Positions 51,952-64,000 of a DNA stretch of 64,000 bases are shown one piece after another (position 1 is the stretch's first letter; each line of letters begins with the position of its first letter). The notes beneath the pieces were generated by a model, which searched no databases, had not been told where the DNA came from, and saw nothing but the letters and a program-made list of their open reading frames with translations. Source of the stretch: Octopus sinensis (taxonomy: Eukaryota); the NCBI RefSeq assembly GCF_006345805.1, contig NC_042997.1, positions 84,940,001 to 85,004,000 of the forward strand. The letters are read 5' to 3'. Position numbers and translations under genes: made by a program.

Positions 51952-54113
51952 CTATAAACGGTCACCAGAGTTGCTAGAAATCATAACCAGCCAACTATCT
52001 TAAAAAATAGAAAGATGCATATGATAATATAATCCTAGGTAAACTATATCTCAATACAGGATGAAATGTTCACAGCTGGAATATATTTCATTATAGGTTT
52101 GCTGGTTTAAGACTGACTAAGGGTTAAACAGTTAATGAGTGGGGCATGCATTTTATTTCGAATAAATCGGCAACTTGTTTTCTTCAAGTTTATGTTGTAC
52201 TACTCATTTAAAAATAATATTTTCAAAATTAATTTACAAGACTTCATAGTTATCAAATTTCTATGAATGGCTAGTTTTGAATATTTGAATTGAAAACAGA
52301 AAGTGAAACGTTCTAGGCACTGGCTCATAAATTAATAATATAATTTCTAATATATTATCTTCACTGCAGTTTATTTATGGCTTTCACACACAAAAACTTT
52401 CGGTGTTGTCATTTCTACTTATTAAGTTATATTTCAATATCAATTATTGTTTTATAGAATTTATAATTCATCTCTTTATCAAGAAGAGAGGAACTAATAA
52501 CCAGCAGAGAATTAATCAATTTTTGGCTAGAATCATATGTAAAAATTATGTGGATTTTGTTTTAAAAAATTGTATTATTACTCTCTTATTATATGTAAAT
52601 TAATTTGTGTTCAGTGTTGAGGTTGGATTCAATTGTTGATGCAATTTTGTTGCTCAAGTAAATTTAATATAATTTAAAAAAAATTTAATCTCTAATCAAT
52701 TATGAAATCATGAATAGTTTAAATTTTTTCTACCTAAAAAGGCGAAAGACGGTATTGTTTAATCTTTATATTGAATTGACATTAAAGTCCTTACATTTCA
52801 TTCTAATTTAATTATGTATAATATATAACAAAAGAAATACCAATAAATACGATTTTTAAAATTTAGCTTTGTTTAATCATTAATTAATTAATCTTTACCA
52901 CACAAATAACCTTGAGATTGAGATTGAATAAACATAATATTTTCGATAAATAATAGTTCAATAGTTTGAGAGTACTGATAAGAGTTCTCTATATGATACT
53001 TGATTTGATATTCAATGAGTATCTTTAAAATCCAGAACTATTTCGAGCTGTAAAACTAAGTTTACAAAGCAGTACGTTTAACTCTGAGTTTAGATTTTAT
53101 TTTAAATGTAAGAACAACAAACAGTGTCATTAAATTAGAGATTATTCGGCTCTTTAGAGGTCTGTTTACAAACAAATATCTTAAAAACCAAGTTTACATA
53201 ATATTTTGGTTCTAACTTTACCAAATAGTACCGTTAAGCTCCGAGTTTATTTCGACTTTCAGAGCTAAGCTTTCAAAACAGTACCTAAAGCTCTGAACTT
53301 AGATTCTGTTATGGAGTTCATGTAATCAAATAAGACCTTTGAATCCCGAGGTTATTTCGAGTTTTATTCCTAGAATCAGTACTAATTTCAGTTCAAAACG
53401 TTTTGAACTTGAATCTTAAAATCCTAACACATTTCCTTAACAATGAAATTTGAAGGTAGTGTTTACAATAATATAGGATTCCATGCTTAATTGCAAAACG
53501 AATATATATTAAAATATCAATTTGTTGTTATTTAGCCTCCTGATCATCCATAATAGTTAAAAATATTTCAGTAAAGTCAATGTCGTTCTTTTTTTTTTTG
53601 TATATTTAAAATTAACTTGGAAGAAAACAAAATTAATTCCAACATTGGTAAATTCGATTTGATCGCTGAAACACTATGACACTTGGACACCTATTTCCAA
53701 TGCACAAATAAGACTTTTAAAATCTAAATGTATGTATCTTGTAGGGTGAGTAATCTCGTAGAGATACCAGTCCAGTTAGCTCGTTAAATGTAAAATGTTC
53801 GCATTTTGAATAATTCTGTTCAAACTCGACAAATAAATTACGCCTAAGCAACGATCATTTTATAAAAACCACCAAATCACAAGTGAGATAAAGATAGATA
53901 TATCCAACAGTCAGCCGCCTGTGTAACAGGCAATGTGCGACACATACTGTAATATAAAGATGGATGTAAAAAAGTACCATCTGAAGTGTAAAACAGCGCC
54001 TTCACATACATATACACGTATATATGTATGTATGCATGTATGTATGTATGTATGTATGTATGTATGTATGTATGTATGTATGTATGTATGTATGTATGTA
54101 TATATGTGAGTGC

Positions 54114-54150
<37 letters not shown>

Positions 54151-54473
54151 ATATATATATATTATAATTAAGGGTACTGGGATACAGCACCTACACGCTA
54201 GAGATAGACTCCAAAAGACTAAAAATCACTACAAATTACACTCCATTAGTACAAGGATGAAAGCGAGCAAATGAATAAAAGAGATTTAGTAAAATTTTGA
54301 GGTTAATTCAAGATCATCCGATTTCTGGTTTAGGAATAAAAATTAATTTATCGTCTTCAGTAGAATATACCTGAAGTACATAAGTACAAATACATATACA
54401 TACCCATACAAATACATTCGTATATATACAAATACATACATACACACACACATACAAATACATACATACACAC

Positions 54474-54800
54474 ATTAAATTAGAGATAGAACCACTATTA
54501 GGCAAATCATACAATGAAAAACTTAAGCCAATACATAAGATTATTTAATTTATATTATTTAAATATATAACAAAATTATTAAAAAATATAATTAATTAAT
54601 TATATTTTTTAATAATTTTGTTATATATTTAAATAATATAAATTAAATAATCTTATGTATTGGCTTAAGTTTTTCATTGTATGATTTGCCTAATAGTGGT
54701 TTATCTCTAATTTAATATAATATAATATTTTACTATAAAATTGGATTCAATCCTAAATCTGATTTTTCCCTGTAAGTTTGGATTTATTCCCTAATATTTA
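54474..54800. repeat. Zero-spacer palindrome of a PLE-derived terminal unit (arms 54474-54595 and 54596-54717)
   Basis: Centre tataattaa|ttaattata; the arms are near-identical to sequence at 55505-55705 and 55910-56043. Confidence 0.9.
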
Positions 54801-54802
54801 TT

Positions 54803-54834
<32 letters not shown>

Positions 54835-55711
54835 TATATAACCCATACAAACCCATACAAATAAAGATGCCTACATACTTATAAATGCACTTTCGCACAA
54901 TGCAGTGAGAATAGGTCTAAGTAATCGTTAATTAAATTAATAACCATAATTTACCTTACGGTATGGATGAACTAAGTGTAACTTCCCCATTCTTATGAAC
55001 ACAAAGAATCAATTTAATTCACAGTGTGAGCTTATGTACGCCAAACCACGTGTGTGCGGATATTCACGCGTGTGCGGATATTCTAGTGATTCATATCTTC
55101 GTGTTAGTTTGTACGAGTCTGTGTACATGCGCCATACAAGCTAAGCGAGTGTATTTATACATCTATTTAATACTTTTCTCGCTGTTTTGTGTATTTCTTT
55201 CTTTTTGCATCTGATTTTCATTGGTCTTCTATAATAATGGAGTGTATCCCTTAATTTGATGCTTTGTATACACATACCGAGAAAAGAACTTGCGGAATAG
55301 ACGTTATTTTAATGCAATACATTTTGTAATCGCCTCAAGAGATACATCTCTACCGACTGATACTCATAAACCAGCTGTTCACAGCCCTACTCGTGACGGA
55401 TCGAAGATACATGGGCCAAAATAATTGTAGTGATCAATAACCATTCTTGTATCTTCCATCTTCCTTTCTCATTAATCAAATATATATATATATATAATAA
55501 TAATAGATATTAGGGAATAAATCCAAACTTACAGGGAAAAATCAGATTTAGGATTGAATCCAATTTTATAGTAAAATATTATATTATATTAAATTAGAGA
55601 CAAAACCACTATTAGGCAAATCAAACAATGAAAAATTTAACCCAATACATATGATTAATTTATATTATTTAAATATATAACAAAATTATTAAAAAAATAT
55701 AATTAATATCA

Positions 55712-55775
55712 CACTACGATCGTTTCATGCCTGCTAACATCTTCAAATTTTTGAGTCGCAGTCATTCATCAGGTG
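55712..55775 (-). ncRNA. Type I hammerhead ribozyme, intact core
   Basis: Minus: cac-CTGATGA-atgactgc..gcaggcat-GAA-ACGATCGT-A-gtg. Confidence 0.85.
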
Positions 55776-55846
55776 GTTTAAATATTTTTCTTGGCGAACT
55801 ATAGTAGAGTTCATTGTTTAAACCTCGCCAAGAAAAATATTTAAAC

Positions 55847-55910
55847 CACCTGATGAATGACTGCGCCTCAAAAATTTGAAGATGTTAGCAGGCATGAAAC
55901 GATCGTAGTG
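55847..55910 (+). ncRNA. Type I hammerhead ribozyme, intact core
   Basis: cac(55847-49)-CTGATGA(55850-56)-stem II atgactgc/gcaggcat-GAAA(55896-99), palindromic stem III ACGATCGT, predicted cleavage at GUA after 55907, stem I' gtg. Confidence 0.85.
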
Positions 55911-56051
55911 TGATATTAATTATATTTTTTTAATAATTTTGTTATATATTTAAATAATATAAATTAATCATATGTATTGGCTTAAGTTTTTCATTGTTTG
56001 ATTTGCCTAATAGTGGTTTTGTCTCTAATTTAATATAATATATATATATAT

Positions 56052-56530
<479 letters not shown>

Positions 56531-56690
56531 ATAAAATTATATATATATATATATATATATATTCTTTTAATTTTTCCAAAATTTAATTGTTTTCCATACT
56601 TACAGTTGAAAAAGTCTCAATAACTGAAACCGGTACTGAAATGTTTTTTATAAAACTATTTTAGCATTTTCTACCTTGACTTGTTTTTCC

Positions 56691-56735
<45 letters not shown>

Positions 56736-58149
56736 CTCACACACACATATATACACACGTTTTATTAATGCTTTATTAATTTTGTTGGCGGTGGTCATGC
56801 TGTGGTTAATCTCCTTGATCTAGTGACTCAAGCTCAAAGAGTTTCGTGTCAACGCTCTCATTACTTAGCTAATAAAAAAAAACTTATAACAGCTCTGTTT
56901 TACGTGTTGAGTTCTATTTCTTCTGTTCGAAACGAAAATACCTCTCCCACTCCACCCCACCCCCCACACACATACATACACATAATTTATAATGTAAACC
57001 TTATTGACAGACGTAGCCTGTCTAAAATACTATATTTCCCAGTCGATCTTAGTTTTAGTATTCACCGAATGAATATAAAATACATTTTCCGAACAAGATC
57101 GGAAACCGAAAACCAAAAACGAAACGTTAGCTGGTCGTAAGCAGTGTGCAAATAAGACATATATTGGTGTTTACAATAGGAGATATGAACTAATACGTGA
57201 GCGAATACACTTTGGCTGCTGTCCAAATAATGTTTAATAGGCATTGATAGATATCAGATGGCACTTAACAAACTATAATACACTCTGATATGAATTTCTA
57301 CGAATTCTCTGAAGACATATACTTTGCATTTATGTTTTGTTTCTGTTTTTGTTTCTGCATCGAATGGAACTGTTCTCATTGGTCATACATCAGGCAGACC
57401 TGATCTCTGTTAATCTATCACTCCATCGCTCTCTCGCTCTCTCGCGCTCTCTCTCTCTCACACACACACGCTCTCTCTCACACACATAGGCTCTCTCTCC
57501 CTCTTTCACACACGCCCACCCAAACACACACACACCCTCTCCTCTCTTCCTCCCTCTCACACACACGCACTCTCACACTCACACACGCACTCTCTCTCTC
57601 TCTCTCTCACACACTCGTACTCACTCTCTCACACACACATACACACACGCTCTCTCTCACACACACACATATACACACACACACTCTCTCTCTCTCTCTC
57701 TCACACACACATATACACACACACACTCTCTCTCACACACACACATACACACACACACACACTCCCTCTCCCTTACTCTCTCACTCTCTCACTCCCTCGT
57801 TCGCTCGTTCTGTAGCTATGTAATTAACATGTTCGAGAGATTCGATTGGGTTCCGTATCACCTTGAGCAAGTGTTTTGTGGTCTATCGCCTGGTCGACCA
57901 GAAGCCTTGTGAATGAAATGAGGTAAATGGTCAACGGAAACTTAGCGAAAGCACGTTGAATACACACATACACATACATACATACATACATACATGCATA
58001 CATACATGCATACATACATACATACACACACATACACACACACTCACACACCCGCACACACACACACACACACAACCAAATACTTCCCTACACAAACACA
58101 CACTTTCAACAGGCCTTCACAATGTTTACAGAGAGTTACATTCATTTAA

Positions 58150-58383
<234 letters not shown>

Positions 58384-58952
58384 AAATGCCCTGATGCAGT
58401 ACCAGACAGTGGCTCTCATGGCTTCTGATCTTAACTGATTGGAAGTGTTATCATGTACATTGTTTGTCTTGGTATAAAAGATGGGCTACAGCAAATATTC
58501 TGCTCAATAACACAGAATTGCTTGTCGGTTGTTTGACCATAACCAGTTGACTATGTCCCTTAGTGGTTGACGATATGTGCATCTCTGATCATGTGTAGAA
58601 GTAGTGGGGGAGCATCATAGCTATGTGTTGAAAGGAATTCTTAGAGTTTTGAATAATTCACATTTGGAAACATGGGTGGTTCGTTCAACTTCCTTAAACA
58701 ATCCATATTCAGGGACCCTTTGAGCGGGATGGGCTACTCAACTAGAAGGAAATTCTAACTGGGCCCTACTTGCAAGGTCATGCGCTGTTTATCTTGATAT
58801 GAGATCACCATGCCACGCACATGTAGTTGTGATGCATGTGCCTGGTGTACCCTTATCAGACAGGTAGTCATGATGGGTATACTGGGTTTCGTATATTTTA
58901 CCCAAGTGTCACTTTGATGGAATGCACTGCTCACTCACTCTCTCTCTCTCTC
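58384..58952. mobile_element. Non-coding interspersed element of about 570 bp (family D) bounded by (AAT)n; fragments also at about 41585-41635 and about 62990-63140
   Basis: Ends aaatgccctgatgcagtacc and gcactgctcactcactctc; gcaaatattctgctc and catcatagc(c/t)atgtgttga(g/a)aggaattct recur at 63015-63130. Confidence 0.7.
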
Positions 58953-59019
<67 letters not shown>

Positions 59020-59224
59020 GTAATAATAATAATAATAATAGTAATAATAATAAAGCGCAAGAAAGTTCCTTAACTGCTACGTCACATGTACTGACAAGAG
59101 CATTGTCGTTGTGAATTTTCTTTTTCCCCCTTTATTTTCTTTGTTTAATTTTTCATATTTTCTTTTTTCCTTTTTCTCTCTGTCTTTCTTCTCCTTTTTC
59201 TCTATCACATGACTTTGTAAATGA

Positions 59225-60450
59225 ACATTCAGGTGTCTTTATTTTAATGGCCTACCAATGTATACAATGAGTGTCTCTACCCTAGGTGTCAGGAAGACAC
59301 CCGACAAGAAATGGAAACAATTGAAAGAAGTTGATAATGATTGCATAATAATTATATTACTGCAGGTGGAAGAGAAATTGACCAAGTTAACATCAAGAAG
59401 GGAATCCTCCAAGAAGACTCTGGTGATACCTTTACTATTTACTGTTAGTGTTAGCACGTTACCACATTCCATGGTTTGAGAAAATATGGTAACTGTTATA
59501 GAATTGAAGAGAGGGCGAAAAGTAAACAGTAGTGGAGTACAACTACCAGATGATGAGCGGATAAGAGAAGAAAACGGAGTGGGTTACAAGTATCTTGGCT
59601 TTTGTCAATTAGGTCAGATGAAAAACATTAAGATGCAGAAAATTATACCAGAAGAGTTAAAAACTATTATCGATGTAAGCTGAATGGAAAGAACATTTTT
59701 AAAAGCATCAATCAACACGTGGACTTTTTAAGGTGCGATCCGTTACTATGCAGGAGTTGTGGAATGGACAATGAGAGAACTGGTCAACGTTGATAGCAAA
59801 ACTAGCAAGGTAGTGGTTATGCATGGATGCTTTCATATTAGAAGTAACATCGCAAGTCTTTACTTAACTAGGAAGCAAAGGATTGGTTGGAAAAGTGCTA
59901 TGAAGATCAAGTCTTTGTATGCTAATCTGAGAAATAGTTATGAAAGAATGTTGCAGGCTGTACTGAATGAGAAGGTGATCAATGACAATAATAAGACCCT
60001 CCATGGATACAAAATGAGGAGTAATTGAGAAAAAGTCATCAACTGGAAAGAGGAAGTCCTACACGGAGTAGTTCTCCAAAACAAACATCGGATGGAGCTA
60101 ATGGAGAATTCTAGAGATGGTTAAGACATATTTTAAACAAGGAGAGAAAAGGCTTGATTCTTACTGCTCTAGAACAAGCTTTACGAACCAATTCATAAGA
60201 CACCAGTATCAACTTTGTGTAAACAATATGAAAAATCGTCTGAAACTGTAAAGTGTATAATTAATAGATGATCAAAACAGGCCCCAAAAGAGTAGAAAAA
60301 TGCCATAACAAAGTGGTTGTATGAATACACGGGGAGTTGTGCAAGAAGTATCAGCTAAAGTAGTATGAACAAGTAGTATGAACAGCAACCTTTGTCTGTT
60401 GCAGAGAATGATCAAGTGAAACTCATATGGGATATGCAACAATGCTTGGA
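59225..60450 (+). pseudogene. Heavily decayed R4/Dong LINE (RT to C-terminal region)
   Basis: GYKYLG, IRYYAGVVEWTMRELVNVDSKTSK..MHGCFHIRSNIASLYLTRK, EQALRTN, ENDQVKLIWD. Confidence 0.75.
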
Positions 60451-60612
60451 ACAACTCATGAGTAGAGAAAAATGTTGCGTCTCTAATTTGTAGGATGGAG
60501 CTGAGACATAACAGATAAATCAGAAGTCAAGTGAATAATATATACATATATTTATACATACATATACATATACATACATACATACACACACACACGCATA
60601 CACACACACACG

Positions 60613-60683
<71 letters not shown>

Positions 60684-61053
60684 GGTTTGCTGGGGCGATT
60701 AAAGTCCGTCAGTATATATGTATACAATTATGTGTTTTGGTTACAGCATTAGAGTATATTAGCTCTTATTTCTAGCAATGTAGGTGTTTTAGTAACAATT
60801 ATAAGTTTCCTTTTTGGTAAAACACTGCATACTGCTATCTATATTGATTTGTGGGTTCGATTCTGGCTAGGGCTAGCTCGTCATTTTTCGATCATTTGTT
60901 TGTATTTAATAATTGGTGCTTCAAATCGGAGAATATATATTATTATGATATATTATTATTATACAGTTTTATATATATATATATATATATATATCTATAT
61001 ATATATATATACATAAGAGAACAAGATGTACGTTACGCCGCAATAATATATGT

Positions 61054-61642
61054 ATAAAAAATATATATAAAATTACAAAATGAGACAAGAACGCAAAGCA
61101 CTCAAAGAGACGACACAAAAAACGGACGGGTCATTCGAAGCCTCTAATCTTCAGTCAAGAACCGGATCATCCTCGCAATTTCGGTTGATTAATCTTGAGA
61201 TCGCTCCGATCCGGCCAGCCCCAAGGAAAAACTAAGCTACGAGCATTAGATTTCTTGGTAAAAGGATCGAATGTATACGAAACAAGGACAGAAAAACGGA
61301 CGATGTCACACGAACTGTCTAAAGTCGTAAGACACCCGCTGTTTTTGTCCCGTTATTACTATTATTGTTTTTTGTATTTATATTCGTGTGGCATCGTCCG
61401 TTTTTTTGTCCTTGTTTCGTATACATTCGATCCTTTTTCCAAGAAATCTAATGCTCGTAGCTTAGCTTTTCCTTTGGGGCTGGCCGGATCGGAGCGATCT
61501 CAAGATTAATCAACCGAAATTGCGAGGATGATCCGGTTCTTGACTGAAGATTAGAGGCTTCGAATGACCCGTCCGTTTTTTGTGTCGTCTCTTTGAGTGT
61601 TTTGTGTTCTTGTCCCATTTTGTAATTTTATATATATTTTTT
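61054..61642. repeat. Long foldback: about 260-bp arms (61054-61314 and 61383-61642) with a 68-bp spacer
   Basis: The arms are near-perfect reverse complements; a related diverged sequence lies at about 15170-15355. Confidence 0.92.
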
Positions 61643-61689
61643 ATTCATATATATATATATACTAAATAAATAAATCAATGTCCTTCCTG

Positions 61690-61905
61690 AGTCATAAGCT
61701 CATAAGGCCGGTTTCCTGGATGCTGTGGCGTAAATATCCCCCGCTGTACGAGACACCGGTCGACGCAGGATTACTCATTTTTGTCAGCTGAGTGGACTGG
61801 AACAACTTGAATGGAATGAAGTGTTTTCCTCAAGGACACAAAACATCGCTCAGTCCAGGATCCGAAATCACAATCTTACAATCACTAAACCACGCCACTC
61901 CACGT
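61690..61905 (-). mobile_element. tRNA-derived SINE (family C/E type)
   Basis: Minus strand gtgtccttgaggaaaacacttc..ccagtccactcagctgacaaaaatgagtaatcctgcg..gaaaccggccttatgagc. Confidence 0.65.
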
Positions 61906-62244
61906 ACGTAGTCATACATGTAGATGTACATACATATACACATGCGTGCATATATGCCTGAGTGTGTGTTCATGTGTGTGACTAAAAAGAAGGAAGAATC
62001 CATGGAGACTAGTGGTAGCTTGTGTCAGCAAAACTCATATTTATTATATTTTATTTTATTACTAAATCATATTTAGTCCGTATAGCATTCGGAGAAAAGT
62101 ATCTGACGTTTCAGATTGTACCACACGCCTATAAGTGAACATTTTTTCGACGCCCTTGTATTAAAAGAGCAAGATCACAATGCAGAAAGATTGGAAGTGG
62201 CATAAAATCAGTTGACGTGCGTGCATGAAAGTCAATATTGACTG

Positions 62245-62420
62245 GAGAAAGAAACTAAGCAAATTTGGGAAAAGGTGAATCTTTAAGCTCTGAATTTAAA
62301 TCCCGCCGAGGCAAACTTTTGTTTTTTATCCCCTCATGGTCGATAAAATAAAGTATCAGTAACGTACTGGGGTCGATATAATCAACTTGTCCTCTCCCCT
62401 CTAAAAATTGCTGGCTTTTT
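62245..62420 (+). mobile_element. SINE family B, degenerate
   Basis: ctgaatttaaatcccgccgaggcaaac..gtcgataaaataaagtatcagtaacgtactggggtcgat. Confidence 0.65.
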
Positions 62421-63750
62421 ACCTGTTCAGATTGTTTCATTCAGAGGAATGTTGTTATTTCGGTCAATTATACGTTATGGAAATAGGATAACCGTCCTTC
62501 GGAGTCCTAAGGCTCAAGAAAAATAACAAAAAAATTACCTTCACATACACATACTATTAATAATAATAGACTTCCAGGAAAAGGCAAACATAGAGTAGCC
62601 AGTTTCTACCAGCTTTCAGAATCCAATTTGTTAGCTTTTTCCACCTCTTGTCATTTTTTCTGTAGGGATTGTCTACTCTAATTCCATTCCACGGTTTTCC
62701 TTTTCTTTTCTCCCTTTTTTTTTGTACAAATTTGACAACGTCATTCAGCTTAATCTTGTATTTAATTCTTTATGTTATGATCCCTTCTATATATTTCAAT
62801 ATAGTGATCCTGTTGCTGAATTACAGTACGTAACAATTATATTTTTCCCTTTGATCAGTAAGTATTATTTCCTATTTGTTTCTATCTAGAAATCAAACGA
62901 AATTACTACTATTCCCTTCAAACTTTGCTTTTGTGACCATGTTTTGAAACTGATCTTTTTTTCCATTACATTTCAGACAGAATCAGCGCCGAATTGCCCA
63001 AGCAGAAATATCGTTATAGCAAATATTCTGCTCTGTACACAGATTTACTTGTCAATTGCTTAATCTTAACCACTTGATCGTGTCACTTAGTGAGGAAACA
63101 TCATAGCCATGTGTTGAGAGGAATTCTTTGGGATTTGAATAAATGTAACAACAGAACACTTTGATGGAAATAATAGCCATTTTCTACACTTTCTAGGGTT
63201 AAGCAAACAGGAAATAACAGTTGCTACCCAAGTGTTATCATTAACTTGCTTATCACTTTTCAATGTATCTAATCTAGTGTAAACCGGTAAATAGAATTCA
63301 TACAAAAACAAGTAACAGGAAAACGTAATCAAAACAAACGGACTCCTGATCGCCTACATCAGCAAATCTCAGATAATGAAATTAATTCTAAAAATAGATT
63401 AATTTCGAGTAATGTGAGGTAGTGGTTAACAATTAATAAATGAAAGACATAAAATATTTTAAATTGATCGCATGGTATATCACTTTCATTAAGCTATTTT
63501 TCTATGAATATTTTCATTGTTACAACCACTCGTTAGATATTCACATATATAGACATACATATGTGATATGCGGGCGTGCAAGTGTGCGTGTATATATATG
63601 TATGTATAAATATATGTATATATGTATGTATGTATGTATATATATGCATATAAGTATATATATACATATATATGCATATATGTATATTTATATATATATA
63701 TATAATATATAAATATATATATATATATATTATATATATATATATATATA

Positions 63751-63819
<69 letters not shown>

Positions 63820-64000
63820 TATACATACATATATATACACGCACACTTGCACGCCCGCATATCACATAAGTATGTCTGTATATGTGAATATCTAATGAGT
63901 GGTTGTAACTGTGAAAATATCCATAGAAAAATATGCATATACATATATATATATATATATTATATATATATATATATATATATGCATATACATATATATA

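Overview
This is AT-rich, microsatellite-saturated eukaryotic DNA, most likely intergenic or intronic sequence of an octopod cephalopod (inferred from the tRNA-derived SINE families and repeat make-up). No host protein-coding exon can be supported, and almost all listed ORFs are translations of (CA)n, (TA)n, (TATG)n or (ATT)n. The window holds several classes of transposon remains. (1) Tc1/mariner: a full-length DD34D mariner (22400-23686), a second mariner, a maT/DD37D relic, a plant-type DD39D relic with a Stowaway-like TIR, and MITEs. (2) R4/Dong and Tx1/L1 LINE pieces stacked in (TAA)n microsatellites. (3) Three Penelope (PLE) RT/GIY-YIG fragments with several type I hammerhead ribozyme motifs, including an intact head-to-head pair at 55712-55910. 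(4) Many SINEs. The most notable items are a TSD-flanked 2.1-kb retroelement encoding only a gag-like ORF1, with no RT, inserted in the tRNA-like head of a SINE (3718-5828); the twin-hammerhead foldback; a tRNA-headed repeat carrying a hammerhead; and a SINE family whose 3' tail matches the Tx1 LINE tail. All family assignments come from motif recognition by eye, not database searches.
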